NCBI GenBank assembly: GCA_029555085.1
Contig: JAKPTO010000043.1
Coordinates: forward strand, 1-43,187
Source: a bacterium
Lineage (GTDB): Bacteria > Patescibacteriota > Patescibacteriia > UBA1558 > S5-K13
DNA length: 43,187 bases
Reading direction: 5' to 3'
Below the pieces are notes generated by a model. The model was not told the DNA's origin and searched no databases. It was given only the letters and a program-made list of their open reading frames with translations. A program made the translations under genes and the position numbers. Positions 9,172 through 17,734 of the stretch are shown piece by piece. Position 1 is the stretch's first letter. Each line of letters starts with the position of its first letter.

Positions 9172-9640
9172 TAATATACTGTTAATTAAACTTCAATAAC
9201 AACCGGCAAAACCGACTATTTTTGGATTATGTTGTTTTGCAAGTTTTCTTGTCTTATCTCTAGTTTTTTCTATTAAATCTTTATTTTCTTTCATATAAAC
9301 AAATCCTCTTGAGATTATATCTGGAGAATGAACTAATTCTCCAGTTTCTGAAGATAATGTAGCAATTGCAACAATCATTCCATCTTCGGCCATTTGCTTT
9401 CTATCACGAAGAACAATATTTGAAACATCGCCAACTCCCAAACCATCAACGAAAACATATCGGCGATATACATTATCTTTTAATCCCTGAGCTGGTCTTT
9501 CATTTCTCGAAATAACCGAAGAAGGGAAAACCACAGTATCTCCTTTTTCAATTTTTAAAAATCTGTGTTACTTGTTTACAATTTTCATTAAAACCACCCT
9601 ATTTTCTCCTTGTACACAAGCACAACAAATTACTATTTTA
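9172..9640 (-). pseudogene. Degenerate, internally deleted duplicate of the rnj 3' region
   Basis: 9172-9213 is identical to 13078-13119. 9216-9459 matches 13202-13445 (5 mismatches counted). 9461-9640 matches 13711-13890 (about 27 mismatches, including a GAA to TAA stop). Net deletions of 80 and 264 nt separate the blocks. Confidence 0.92.
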
Positions 9641-9661
9641 TAGTACTCTAAAAATTGAAAG

Positions 9662-10603
9662 TTATAAAGTAGTAATCGGCCTACTTTGAATTATATAAAA
9701 CTTACTTTTAAAATAAGCCCACTCTATGTCACAAGGAAACTTATAGTGCTTTTCTATATTTATACAAATTTTTGCTAGTTCTATAATCTGTTTATTGCTT
9801 AATTTTTGTTTTTCGCTATCCGATTCTAAAACTTTTACCCAAGAATTTCCACCGGTAGTAGATTTTTGAATTATTTTTCTATCCTGATTTGCAATATAAA
9901 TATCTGAAATTTTTAAATTTTTTTTATTTACAATATATGAGTCAGGAGTAATACTGCCAGATACAATTGCTTCACCAAGTCCATAACCAGCCTCTATTAT
10001 CATTTGATCTTTATCTTTTGTAACTGGATGAACTGTAAATGCAATTCCAGAAACCTCTGATTGAATCATAGATTGAACAACAACTGCAACAGAAATTTCT
10101 TTTTTATTTAATCCCTTTTCAAACCTATAAACGATTGCGCGTGGAGTAAAAAGCGATGCCCAACATTTTTTTACATTTTCAAATAAATCACGCTCTGTTG
10201 TATTTAAATAACTTTCAAGCTGTCCGGCCCAAGCATCTGATGCTCCATCTTCGCATGTTGCACTAGATCTAACAGCTACAAATTTTGATTTTAGTTCTTT
10301 AAAATTTTTTATAATTTCTGCCTTTATGTCTTTTGGTATATCTATACTTGTAATTAATTTTTTAATTTTTACAGATGCTTGATTTACGCTTTCAACTTTT
10401 TTCAAGTTTACAGATCTTAAAAATTCTTCGATTTTTTTATCAATTTTTGCATCAGCTACAAACTTATCAAAAGTAGTTGATAAAATTACAAAACCGTCCG
10501 GTACTGGAATTTTATTATTTATCATTTCTCCAAGAGACGCACCCTTTCCCCCAGCAATACTAGCATCATCCTTAAAAATATCTTTAAACTTTCTTGTAAA
10601 CAT
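9662..10603 (-). CDS. Stand-alone PEP-synthase/PPDK-type nucleotide-binding (ATP-grasp) domain protein
   Basis: AGGKGASLGEM, VAVRSSATCED, AGQLES, GLGEAIVSG, DIEWA and QSRPITT motifs. The protein ends after this domain. Confidence 0.9.
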   Translation of the reverse strand: MFTRKFKDIFKDDASIAGGKGASLGEMINNKIPVPDGFVILSTTFDKFVADAKIDKKIEEFLRSVNLKKVESVNQASVKIKKLITSIDIPKDIKAEIIKNFKELKSKFVAVRSSATCEDGASDAWAGQLESYLNTTERDLFENVKKCWASLFTPRAIVYRFEKGLNKKEISVAVVVQSMIQSEVSGIAFTVHPVTKDKDQMIIEAGYGLGEAIVSGSITPDSYIVNKKNLKISDIYIANQDRKIIQKSTTGGNSWVKVLESDSEKQKLSNKQIIELAKICINIEKHYKFPCDIEWAYFKSKFYIIQSRPITTL

Positions 10604-10621
10604 AATTATTTTAATTATTTT

Positions 10622-11506
10622 TTATTTAAAATTTTTTTCATATTCTTTTCTTTCTTTTATTATATCTAACAACAATTCTTCATCTATGGATAATGCCTCT
10701 TTTTTGTTACCCATTGGATAAGTTATTACAATTTTCTTCCCATCAACACCTTGTTTTATTGTAACATCCATTCCCTCTAATTCTTTAAATCCGTTACCAA
10801 CAGACTCAACAAATTCATCTCTAACTTTCGATCCACTTATTTTTTCTAAACACTTAGCTATAAAAGATTCACAAACACTCTGATGAGTACCGAGATATCT
10901 TTCCAATTTATTTGTTAAGTTATCATCATTTTTTTCCGACTTCACTCTAGATCTATACATATTATCTGCAACTTTAAGATACTTAGCAAGAATTTCTGCT
11001 ATATTTCCAGCTTGCCTAATATATGTTGTAGTGTCTTTATCCCCATCTTCTATAGCCAAGTCATCGCTTTTATTAATCAAAACAGAAAGATATTGATCAG
11101 CTTTAAATGCATTCTTTAGCTCTAAACCAGTGGCACCATTGAGATAAAAACTTAGTCTATGGTCTTCCGTTATTTTTTTAAATGGAGTAAATTCTTCTAT
11201 TTTTTCTTCCATTTCTTTCAGATTTGCATTTGGACTGATTTCTTTTTGTCGTGCAAGCATAATATGAGCTGCTGTTTCTTTCGTTCTGTCTCTGTCGCTA
11301 CCAAATGCCACTGAAATAGAAGCGTCTGACCCATGCTTTTCCCCTATTTCACGCGCTCTACGCCTACCCTCTTCCGTAATTTCGATATGTTTATCTGGAA
11401 TGTCTGGGGTTGTTTCTCTTGGCCCATGTCTAAAAAATTTTAAAAATACTTCTACTTCTAGCTCCTCTTCTTGTTGTTCTATTTTTGTACTAAACGCCTC
11501 TTTCAT
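10622..11506 (-). CDS. Histidine phosphatase superfamily protein
   Basis: FFRHG catalytic motif, S...RTKETA, and a distal GTH. Confidence 0.75.
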   Translation of the reverse strand: MKEAFSTKIEQQEEELEVEVFLKFFRHGPRETTPDIPDKHIEITEEGRRRAREIGEKHGSDASISVAFGSDRDRTKETAAHIMLARQKEISPNANLKEMEEKIEEFTPFKKITEDHRLSFYLNGATGLELKNAFKADQYLSVLINKSDDLAIEDGDKDTTTYIRQAGNIAEILAKYLKVADNMYRSRVKSEKNDDNLTNKLERYLGTHQSVCESFIAKCLEKISGSKVRDEFVESVGNGFKELEGMDVTIKQGVDGKKIVITYPMGNKKEALSIDEELLLDIIKERKEYEKNFK

Positions 11507-11528
11507 AGTTCTGTCTATTTAATAAAAA

Positions 11529-13046
11529 TTATTTTTCATTTAAAATCTTTATAATTCCATTATTTGCATCAACCTCAATCAAGTCCCCATCTTTTAATAC
11601 TTGTGTAGCAATTTTAGTGCCTATTATACAAGGAATATTTAATTCACGAGATACTATTGCTGCATGGCAAGTAATTCCCCCTTCATTAGTTATTATTGCG
11701 GAAGCTTTTTCCATGGCAGATACGAAATCAGGAGTAGTCATTGTTGAAACCAAAATATCTCCTTTTTTTATTTTAGAAATTTCTTTGTATGATAAAATAA
11801 TTTTTGCCCTACCACGAACAATTCCCGGAGATGCAATTTGACCCCTTATTATCCTACCATCAAAATCATCTGAATCCACCTCAGATGGCAATTTTAAATT
11901 ATTATCTCTTATCACCTTGAGAGCTTTTTCTCCTGAGAAAACAGTATAAAACTCTGGATATGTACATGCAATACAAATATTTTCTCTTCTGTTTAATTCA
12001 TCATCAAAATTTAATTTATCTATCAACACATCCCCAAACTCTTTACGTGATAATAAATATAACCTACTCACAGAAATATTAGTTCTTTTAGATATTTGAA
12101 TCATCAAACGATTCAAATAAAAATGGGATTCAGTTACTATAGCTTTTCTTTCATCTTGCAAGGATGACAAATAATGCATAGACTTTATCAATCCTAAGGA
12201 CCCTTGATCTATTCTATATTTTTTCTTAATTAAACTATGTTGACGCCTTAATTTATTTGAATATTGTAATAATTCATTTAATTTGCATTCAATCTCTTCT
12301 TTTGGATTCTTCAACTCTTTTTTTAATTCTTTAACAATATAAGCCTCATCCCAAATATCTGGCCCTGTATAATCAAACGGAATCCAAAAATATTTTTGAA
12401 CTAAATTTTTAATTTGAGAATCAACTTCTAAAAATATATCTTTTTTGAGACTTATGCTTTTACATTTCTCTAATTTATTTTTTAACTGTAAACTTATTTT
12501 CAAAAATTCTACATTAAACAAACTTAAATAACTTGGCTTTGTTGGAGAAATAATTAGATTAATGTCATCCTCTAACATAGAATATTTTTTCAACATACTA
12601 TCCTTGAAATACTTATATAAACGATCTGCTGCACATATTGAAGGCGCTGCGTTAATACGAGCAAAATCTTCGTAAAAATCTATATACTTTGAAATTTTAT
12701 TAAAAAGTTCTATATTAGAATTATTTTTTAAGCTATCACTGTTTAAATTTAAACGACACCACTTCAACCATTTATTTCCAAATATTTTAGTATTTCTATA
12801 GCAATTATAAATATATTTTTCGTCATTTAAAATTTTTTGAAGTAAACTTTTTTGAATATTCAAAAAATGTTTCTCATCCATGCTTAATTGCATCCATCCA
12901 TTCTCAATAATCAAAAATACGGCGCCAAAATTAAATCCTGATTTATTCTTATACATTTTACTCCAATAATATTGTATTGGCGTTAATAAAGGAACTCTTC
13001 TTTTCTTGAATGCAAAGCTTTTTTTACTTTTAATTGTTTTGCGCAT
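11529..13046 (-). CDS. PEP-utilizer phosphohistidine swivel-domain protein with a large N-terminal putative substrate-binding domain
   Basis: C-terminal GQIASPG...GDILVSTMTTPD...EGGITCHAAIVSRELNIPCIIG...VDANNG preceded by about 395 aa of helical unknown sequence. Confidence 0.88.
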   Translation of the reverse strand: MRKTIKSKKSFAFKKRRVPLLTPIQYYWSKMYKNKSGFNFGAVFLIIENGWMQLSMDEKHFLNIQKSLLQKILNDEKYIYNCYRNTKIFGNKWLKWCRLNLNSDSLKNNSNIELFNKISKYIDFYEDFARINAAPSICAADRLYKYFKDSMLKKYSMLEDDINLIISPTKPSYLSLFNVEFLKISLQLKNKLEKCKSISLKKDIFLEVDSQIKNLVQKYFWIPFDYTGPDIWDEAYIVKELKKELKNPKEEIECKLNELLQYSNKLRRQHSLIKKKYRIDQGSLGLIKSMHYLSSLQDERKAIVTESHFYLNRLMIQISKRTNISVSRLYLLSRKEFGDVLIDKLNFDDELNRRENICIACTYPEFYTVFSGEKALKVIRDNNLKLPSEVDSDDFDGRIIRGQIASPGIVRGRAKIILSYKEISKIKKGDILVSTMTTPDFVSAMEKASAIITNEGGITCHAAIVSRELNIPCIIGTKIATQVLKDGDLIEVDANNGIIKILNEK

Positions 13047-13077
13047 TTGTTTTAAAATAATACTTACTTTATTATTT

Positions 13078-13119
13078 TAATATACTGTTAATTAAACTTC
13101 AATAACAACCGGCAAAACC
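13078..13119. repeat. 42-bp perfect direct repeat (second copy at 9172-9213) spanning the rnj stop codon
   Basis: TAATATACTGTTAATTAAACTTCAATAACAACCGGCAAAACC occurs at both positions, 3906 bp apart. Confidence 0.95.
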
Positions 13120-14903
13120 ATTGGTCTTCTTTTTGTTTCTTGAAACAAAAATTTTCCCAATTCATCCCTAATTTTATTTTTTAGATACATATCATTTTGA
13201 GCTATTTTTGGATTATGTTGTTTTGCAAGTTTTCTTACTTTATCTCTAGTTTTTTCTATTAAATCTTTATTTTCTTTCATATAAACAAATCCTCTTGAAA
13301 TTATATCTGGAGAGTGAACTAATTCTCCAGTTTCTGAAGATAATGTAGCAATTGCAACAATCATTCCATCTTCGGCCATTTGCTTTCTATCACGAAGAAC
13401 AATATTTGAAACATCGCCAACTCCCAAACCATCAACGAAAACATAGTCAGCATTGACTCTTTTGTTTGTTAATTTTCCACCAAGTTTTGTAAATTCCATA
13501 ATTTGACCATTATCAGCTATAAAAATATTTTCTTGTTTAATTCCACATTCTTGAGCAATTTTTGCATGAAGATGTAAAAATGAATGATTACCTTCTATAG
13601 GAATAAAATATCTTGGTTTAACTAAATTTATCATAAGTTTCAAATCTTCTTTTTTTGCATGTCCTCCAGCATGAATATCCATCATCTGATAATGAATAAC
13701 ATCTGCACCCTGACGATATAAATTATCTTTCAATCTCTGAACCGATCTTTCATTTCCTGGAATAACCGAAGAAGAGAAAACTACAGTATCTCCTTTTTCA
13801 ATTTTTAAAAATCTATGTTCTTTGTTTACAATTCTCATTAAAACTGCCTTATCTTCTCCTTGTGCGCCAGTACAACAAATCACAATTTTATTATTTGGAT
13901 ATTCTTTTAATTGTTTTTCTGAAATTAATAAATCTTTTTTATAACTCAAATATCCTAACTGATGAGCAATTTCTACATTTGTTTTCATGCTATAACCATC
14001 TATTAATACTTTTTTATTTAATTTTTCGCATGCTTCAAAAATTTGTTGCAATCTATTTAAAAGAGATGAAAAAGTTCCCACTATAACTCTCCCCGGAACA
14101 TTTTGTAAAATTTCAAACAAATTTGATTTAATTTCTGCTTCGCTTATTTGGTGTCCAGGATGAGAAGCATTTGTTGAGTCGGATAAAAGAGCTAAAACAT
14201 TTTGATTTCCTAAATCCGAAATCTTATCAATTTCTGGCATGTCCATTTTTGGTCCATTAAAATCGAGCTTAAAATCTCCACTATGAACAACTTTTCCAAG
14301 CGGTGTATCTATTATAAGCCCAACTGATGCTGGAATATTGTGACTAACTGCAAAAAAAGCAACTCTAAAAACACCAAGATGTAAAACATCGCTTGTTTTT
14401 ACTGACTTTAAATTCAATGGCGCAATATCTTTGAATTCTTCTTCTCTTTTTTTAATAATTCCTAAAGTAAGTGGAGTTCCATAAATTGTTGGATTTCCAA
14501 GGCTAGGCACTAAATATGGAATAGCGCCAATGTGATCCAAATGTCCGTGAGTAATTACAATTCCTCTTATATTTTTTTCTTTACCCTTTAGGTATTCTAT
14601 ATTTGGAATAACAAGATCGATTCCTGGCATATCTTCTTCTGGAAATGAAACGCCCATATCAACTATAATAATATCATTTTCATACTCTAAAAGAGTCATA
14701 TTTCTTCCGACCTCTTCATTTCCTCCCATTACAATGATCTTTAATTTTCCATGATCAAAGGTTTTTGTATTTTTCAAAGAAGCATTGCTGGATTGATTAG
14801 CCCTAACTGTTTTCTTTGGACTTACGTGATAACGTATTGATTGTTTTTTTCTATTTCTACTATGGGTAGATTTACCCTTAGGAGATATTTTTTTAGTATT
14901 CAT
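13092..14903 (-). CDS. rnj: Ribonuclease J
   Basis: GGNEEVGRNM, THGHLDHIG, SGDFK, TGAQGE, IHAGGH, RRPMVLPV; basic N-terminal extension. Start is 14903 or 14930. Confidence 0.95.
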   Translation of the reverse strand: MNTKKISPKGKSTHSRNRKKQSIRYHVSPKKTVRANQSSNASLKNTKTFDHGKLKIIVMGGNEEVGRNMTLLEYENDIIIVDMGVSFPEEDMPGIDLVIPNIEYLKGKEKNIRGIVITHGHLDHIGAIPYLVPSLGNPTIYGTPLTLGIIKKREEEFKDIAPLNLKSVKTSDVLHLGVFRVAFFAVSHNIPASVGLIIDTPLGKVVHSGDFKLDFNGPKMDMPEIDKISDLGNQNVLALLSDSTNASHPGHQISEAEIKSNLFEILQNVPGRVIVGTFSSLLNRLQQIFEACEKLNKKVLIDGYSMKTNVEIAHQLGYLSYKKDLLISEKQLKEYPNNKIVICCTGAQGEDKAVLMRIVNKEHRFLKIEKGDTVVFSSSVIPGNERSVQRLKDNLYRQGADVIHYQMMDIHAGGHAKKEDLKLMINLVKPRYFIPIEGNHSFLHLHAKIAQECGIKQENIFIADNGQIMEFTKLGGKLTNKRVNADYVFVDGLGVGDVSNIVLRDRKQMAEDGMIVAIATLSSETGELVHSPDIISRGFVYMKENKDLIEKTRDKVRKLAKQHNPKIAQNDMYLKNKIRDELGKFLFQETKRRPMVLPVVIEV

Positions 14904-14923
14904 ATTTTTTAATCTTGAATAAA

Positions 14924-14968
14924 ATCCCATTCGCGAAGGAATTTAGAAATTCCTCCCTATTTTGGGAT
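14924..14968 (-). promoter_or_regulatory. Structured stem-loop in the rnj leader
   Basis: Minus strand AUCCCA-AAAUAG-GGAGGAAUU-UCUA-AAUUCCUUC-GCGAA-UGGGAU forms two nested stems; a GC-rich island in an AT-rich spacer. Confidence 0.45.
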
Positions 14969-15073
14969 ATATTTGTTTAAATTTTTATTAATAATCTTAT
15001 TTAAAATTTATTATAAAATAAATAATTATTTGTAAAAACAATTTTACAAAAATAATTATTGCATTTTTTTATA

Positions 15074-16891
15074 TTATTTTTTTGATGAAAATACTAATTT
15101 ATATTTAATATACCAATCTTCTATATTCCAAAATCTATCAGATGGAGAATAAATTAACTCAGAACTAAATCCCTTAACTTTTTTATTTAATGGATAGTTA
15201 TATGGCGTATTAAATAAAAATATAGCATAAACATTGTCTTTGATGATTTTTTGAAAATTTTCATACTTTAACTTTTTTTCATCATCTGACTCTATTTTTC
15301 TTGCCTCTTCTAAAATTGTATCAACATCATTATCTGAGAAAATACTTAAATTAAAACCCGAGGATCCAATTTGTGAAGAGTGCCAAAATACATACGGATC
15401 CATATCATATGACAAAACCTGACTATATAATAAAATTTGATAATTTCTCGGTTGAATTATATCTTTCATAATTTTTTGTCTGTCTATTGTTTCTATTTCA
15501 ACAGAAATTCCAACCTTAGCCCATTCATCTTTTATAAAATATGCTATTTTTTGATAGTCCGCATTATCTAATGTTGTAATTTTAATTGTCATCTGATCGC
15601 CTGCTTTTTTTAAAATTCCTTCATCATTTTTCCACCCAGATTCATCTAATAATGTTTTTGCCCTTTCCACATCATATTCATCTTTAGACGGAGTTATTAT
15701 AGCATCCAAGGGACCATAAGCAATATAATTTTCAAGACCCACATGTTTTGACATTTCATCTTTGTTTATCAATAGAGAAAGAGCCTGTCTAATCTTTTTC
15801 TCTTTCAAAAAATCCGCTTTTTTAGGATTAAAAAACAATGCTGAATATCTTGGCATTTTTACTTGCCGTAAATCAAAATGTCTTAATCCTTTAATTTTTT
15901 GAGCAGTTTCATTTGAAATATAATTCATACTTAAAATTTTTGAAGATTTAAGATCCTCAACTGCATGTTCTGAATCAAAATAAAATTTAAAAGATATTTT
16001 ATCTATATATGGCTTTTCTCCATAAAAATTTTCAAACCTAGAAAGTGTATATTGTCTTATATGTCCATCTGAATCTTTTTTAATAGAGTAAAACGCATAT
16101 GGACCTGTTCCAATTGGTTTTTTATTTAATTCTGAAAGTGTTACATTTTCAGGCGCAATATCTTGCCACAAATGAGCAGGGAGAATTCCGAATGTCAAAG
16201 TTTTTAAAAATATTGGCAATGGTTCCTCTAAAATCAAATTAAAAGATTTGTCTGAGATTTTTTCAAACACAACTCCATTAAATGTTTTGTAAAGCGGGCT
16301 ATTGAAATTTGGATTCTGAATTGCGTAAAAAGTAAATTCAACATCATCAGTATTCATAGAAACGCCATCGTGAAAATAGATATCATCCTTTAAATTAAAA
16401 GTATAAACTGTTTTATCGTCTGAAATAGAATAATCCCTGACTAAATCATTTTCTAATTCTCCGTTTATATTTATTTTAAAAAGTCCAGAAAAGATAAGTT
16501 TAGAAATATCTCGATCAACATCATTATTTTGATTTAAAACGGGATTTAAATACTCTATGCTTCCTATTAAACCTTCTGTGTATTCTCCTCCTTTAACTGG
16601 CACATTGCTTGTGTGAGCTACAAAAGTTCTATAAAAAAGAAATAATAAAGACAATATTCCAATAACAAAAAAAGTAAAAAAAACTCGTTTCTCTTTTTTT
16701 TTCATAAAACGCCCAACATGTAATATTTGACGAAAACTTGGAATTTTTTTATCTGATAAATCAGAAATCAACTGATGATCTGAATCTTGTTTAATCTTAA
16801 AAATGTCAAAAATAAATGTTTTCAACTTGTTAAAAAAAATCTTTAGTCTTTTAATAATATTTTGACTAATCCAAAAAATTAATTTCTTCAC
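15074..16891 (-). CDS. ABC transporter substrate-binding protein, family 5 (OppA/DppA-like), membrane anchored
   Basis: GGEYTEG, LNPVL, YTFNLKDDIYFHDG...DDVEFT, PIGTGPY. The probable start GTG 16891 avoids the overlap with secG. Confidence 0.88.
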   Translation of the reverse strand: MKKLIFWISQNIIKRLKIFFNKLKTFIFDIFKIKQDSDHQLISDLSDKKIPSFRQILHVGRFMKKKEKRVFFTFFVIGILSLLFLFYRTFVAHTSNVPVKGGEYTEGLIGSIEYLNPVLNQNNDVDRDISKLIFSGLFKININGELENDLVRDYSISDDKTVYTFNLKDDIYFHDGVSMNTDDVEFTFYAIQNPNFNSPLYKTFNGVVFEKISDKSFNLILEEPLPIFLKTLTFGILPAHLWQDIAPENVTLSELNKKPIGTGPYAFYSIKKDSDGHIRQYTLSRFENFYGEKPYIDKISFKFYFDSEHAVEDLKSSKILSMNYISNETAQKIKGLRHFDLRQVKMPRYSALFFNPKKADFLKEKKIRQALSLLINKDEMSKHVGLENYIAYGPLDAIITPSKDEYDVERAKTLLDESGWKNDEGILKKAGDQMTIKITTLDNADYQKIAYFIKDEWAKVGISVEIETIDRQKIMKDIIQPRNYQILLYSQVLSYDMDPYVFWHSSQIGSSGFNLSIFSDNDVDTILEEARKIESDDEKKLKYENFQKIIKDNVYAIFLFNTPYNYPLNKKVKGFSSELIYSPSDRFWNIEDWYIKYKLVFSSKK

Positions 16892-16916
16892 ATTTTTTAT
16901 ATAAAGTTTTAAAGAT

Positions 16917-17129
16917 TTAAATAAATAATGGAGCGAGACACAACACAACAAACAAAACACTAGAAACTATTGTTAAATTAAATATAAACTTCTCCGCACC
17001 TCTTTTTACCTGAAAAATAGTGCTTGAACCACCAAAAACAGAAGAAAGACCACCTCCGCGAGATTGAAGTAAAATAGATATAATGAGTAGTAATGCTACT
17101 ACTATTTGTGCTATGTATATAAATGTCAT
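16917..17129 (-). CDS. secG: Preprotein translocase subunit SecG
   Basis: ILLQSRGGGLSSVFGG...RGAEK with two TM helices. Confidence 0.93.
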   Translation of the reverse strand: MTFIYIAQIVVALLLIISILLQSRGGGLSSVFGGSSTIFQVKRGAEKFIFNLTIVSSVLFVVLCLAPLFI

Positions 17130-17138
17130 ATTTATTTA

Positions 17139-17174
17139 TGGTATAATACTATCACATCTCAACTACTTAGTCAA
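17139..17174. promoter_or_regulatory. Overlapping divergent promoters for secG and the YgjP-like gene
   Basis: Minus strand TTGACT-N17-TAGTAT with TGTG extension; plus strand TGGTATAAT at 17139-17147. Confidence 0.5.
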
Positions 17175-17185
17175 ATATAGCAAAT

Positions 17186-17734
17186 ATGATAAAAATTAAC
17201 AAAATAATATATTCCAAAAGAAAAACTCTTTGCATAGAAATAAACAAATATGGAGAAATTATAGCAAGATCTCCCAAAAATTTAAGCATTGATGATATAC
17301 AAAAATTTGTTAATGAAAAATCAAATTGGATATACAAACAGCTACATCACAGGAAAAATTGTATACTTAAAGCACAACAATTTTTATCAAAAAATAAAAC
17401 AAACATATCAAAATCCGTTGCTTACAAAACAATATCAAATAAAGTATCTCAATTATCCTCCACTTTTGGCTTTAAATATAATATAATTAAGATAACAGAA
17501 GCTAAAACAAGATGGGCTTCATGTAGCAATACAAATAACCTTAGTTTTACAAAAAAAGTTGCTCTACTACCGGATGATATATTAAAATACATAATAATAC
17601 ATGAGTTAGCGCACACAAAAGAAAAAAATCACGGAAAAAATTTTTGGAAAATCGTACAGCAAATAATACCTAATTATAAAACAAAAATAAAATGGTTAAA
17701 AGAACACAAATACATACTTATATCGGATTTATAA
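17186..17734 (+). CDS. YgjP/DUF45 family (SprT-like) zinc metallohydrolase
   Basis: YSKRKTL, KTRWASC, YIIIHELAH..E.NH...FW. Confidence 0.85.
   Translation: MIKINKIIYSKRKTLCIEINKYGEIIARSPKNLSIDDIQKFVNEKSNWIYKQLHHRKNCILKAQQFLSKNKTNISKSVAYKTISNKVSQLSSTFGFKYNIIKITEAKTRWASCSNTNNLSFTKKVALLPDDILKYIIIHELAHTKEKNHGKNFWKIVQQIIPNYKTKIKWLKEHKYILISDL

Noticed and set aside
9193-9534. 113-aa ORF as a functional mini-RNase J
   Set aside because: It is a by-product of the deleted duplicate: no catalytic motifs, an upstream in-frame stop and a frameshifted end.
9172-9640. rnj duplicate as a diversity-generating retroelement template/variable repeat pair
   Set aside because: Mismatches are mostly transitions affecting all four bases, not adenine-specific, and there is no reverse transcriptase in the window.
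9662-13046. Annotating the pair as ppsA or as rifampin resistance gene rph
   Set aside because: The pyruvate-binding domain is absent, and I cannot verify rifampin-binding residues; only the architecture is shared.
15021-15060. AT-rich inverted repeat upstream of rnj as an operator
   Set aside because: It is almost entirely A/T; it could be a weak terminator or chance, and no regulator can be assigned.
16892-16960. N-terminal extension of the substrate-binding protein overlapping secG
   Set aside because: GTG at 16891 gives a non-overlapping, more plausible start.
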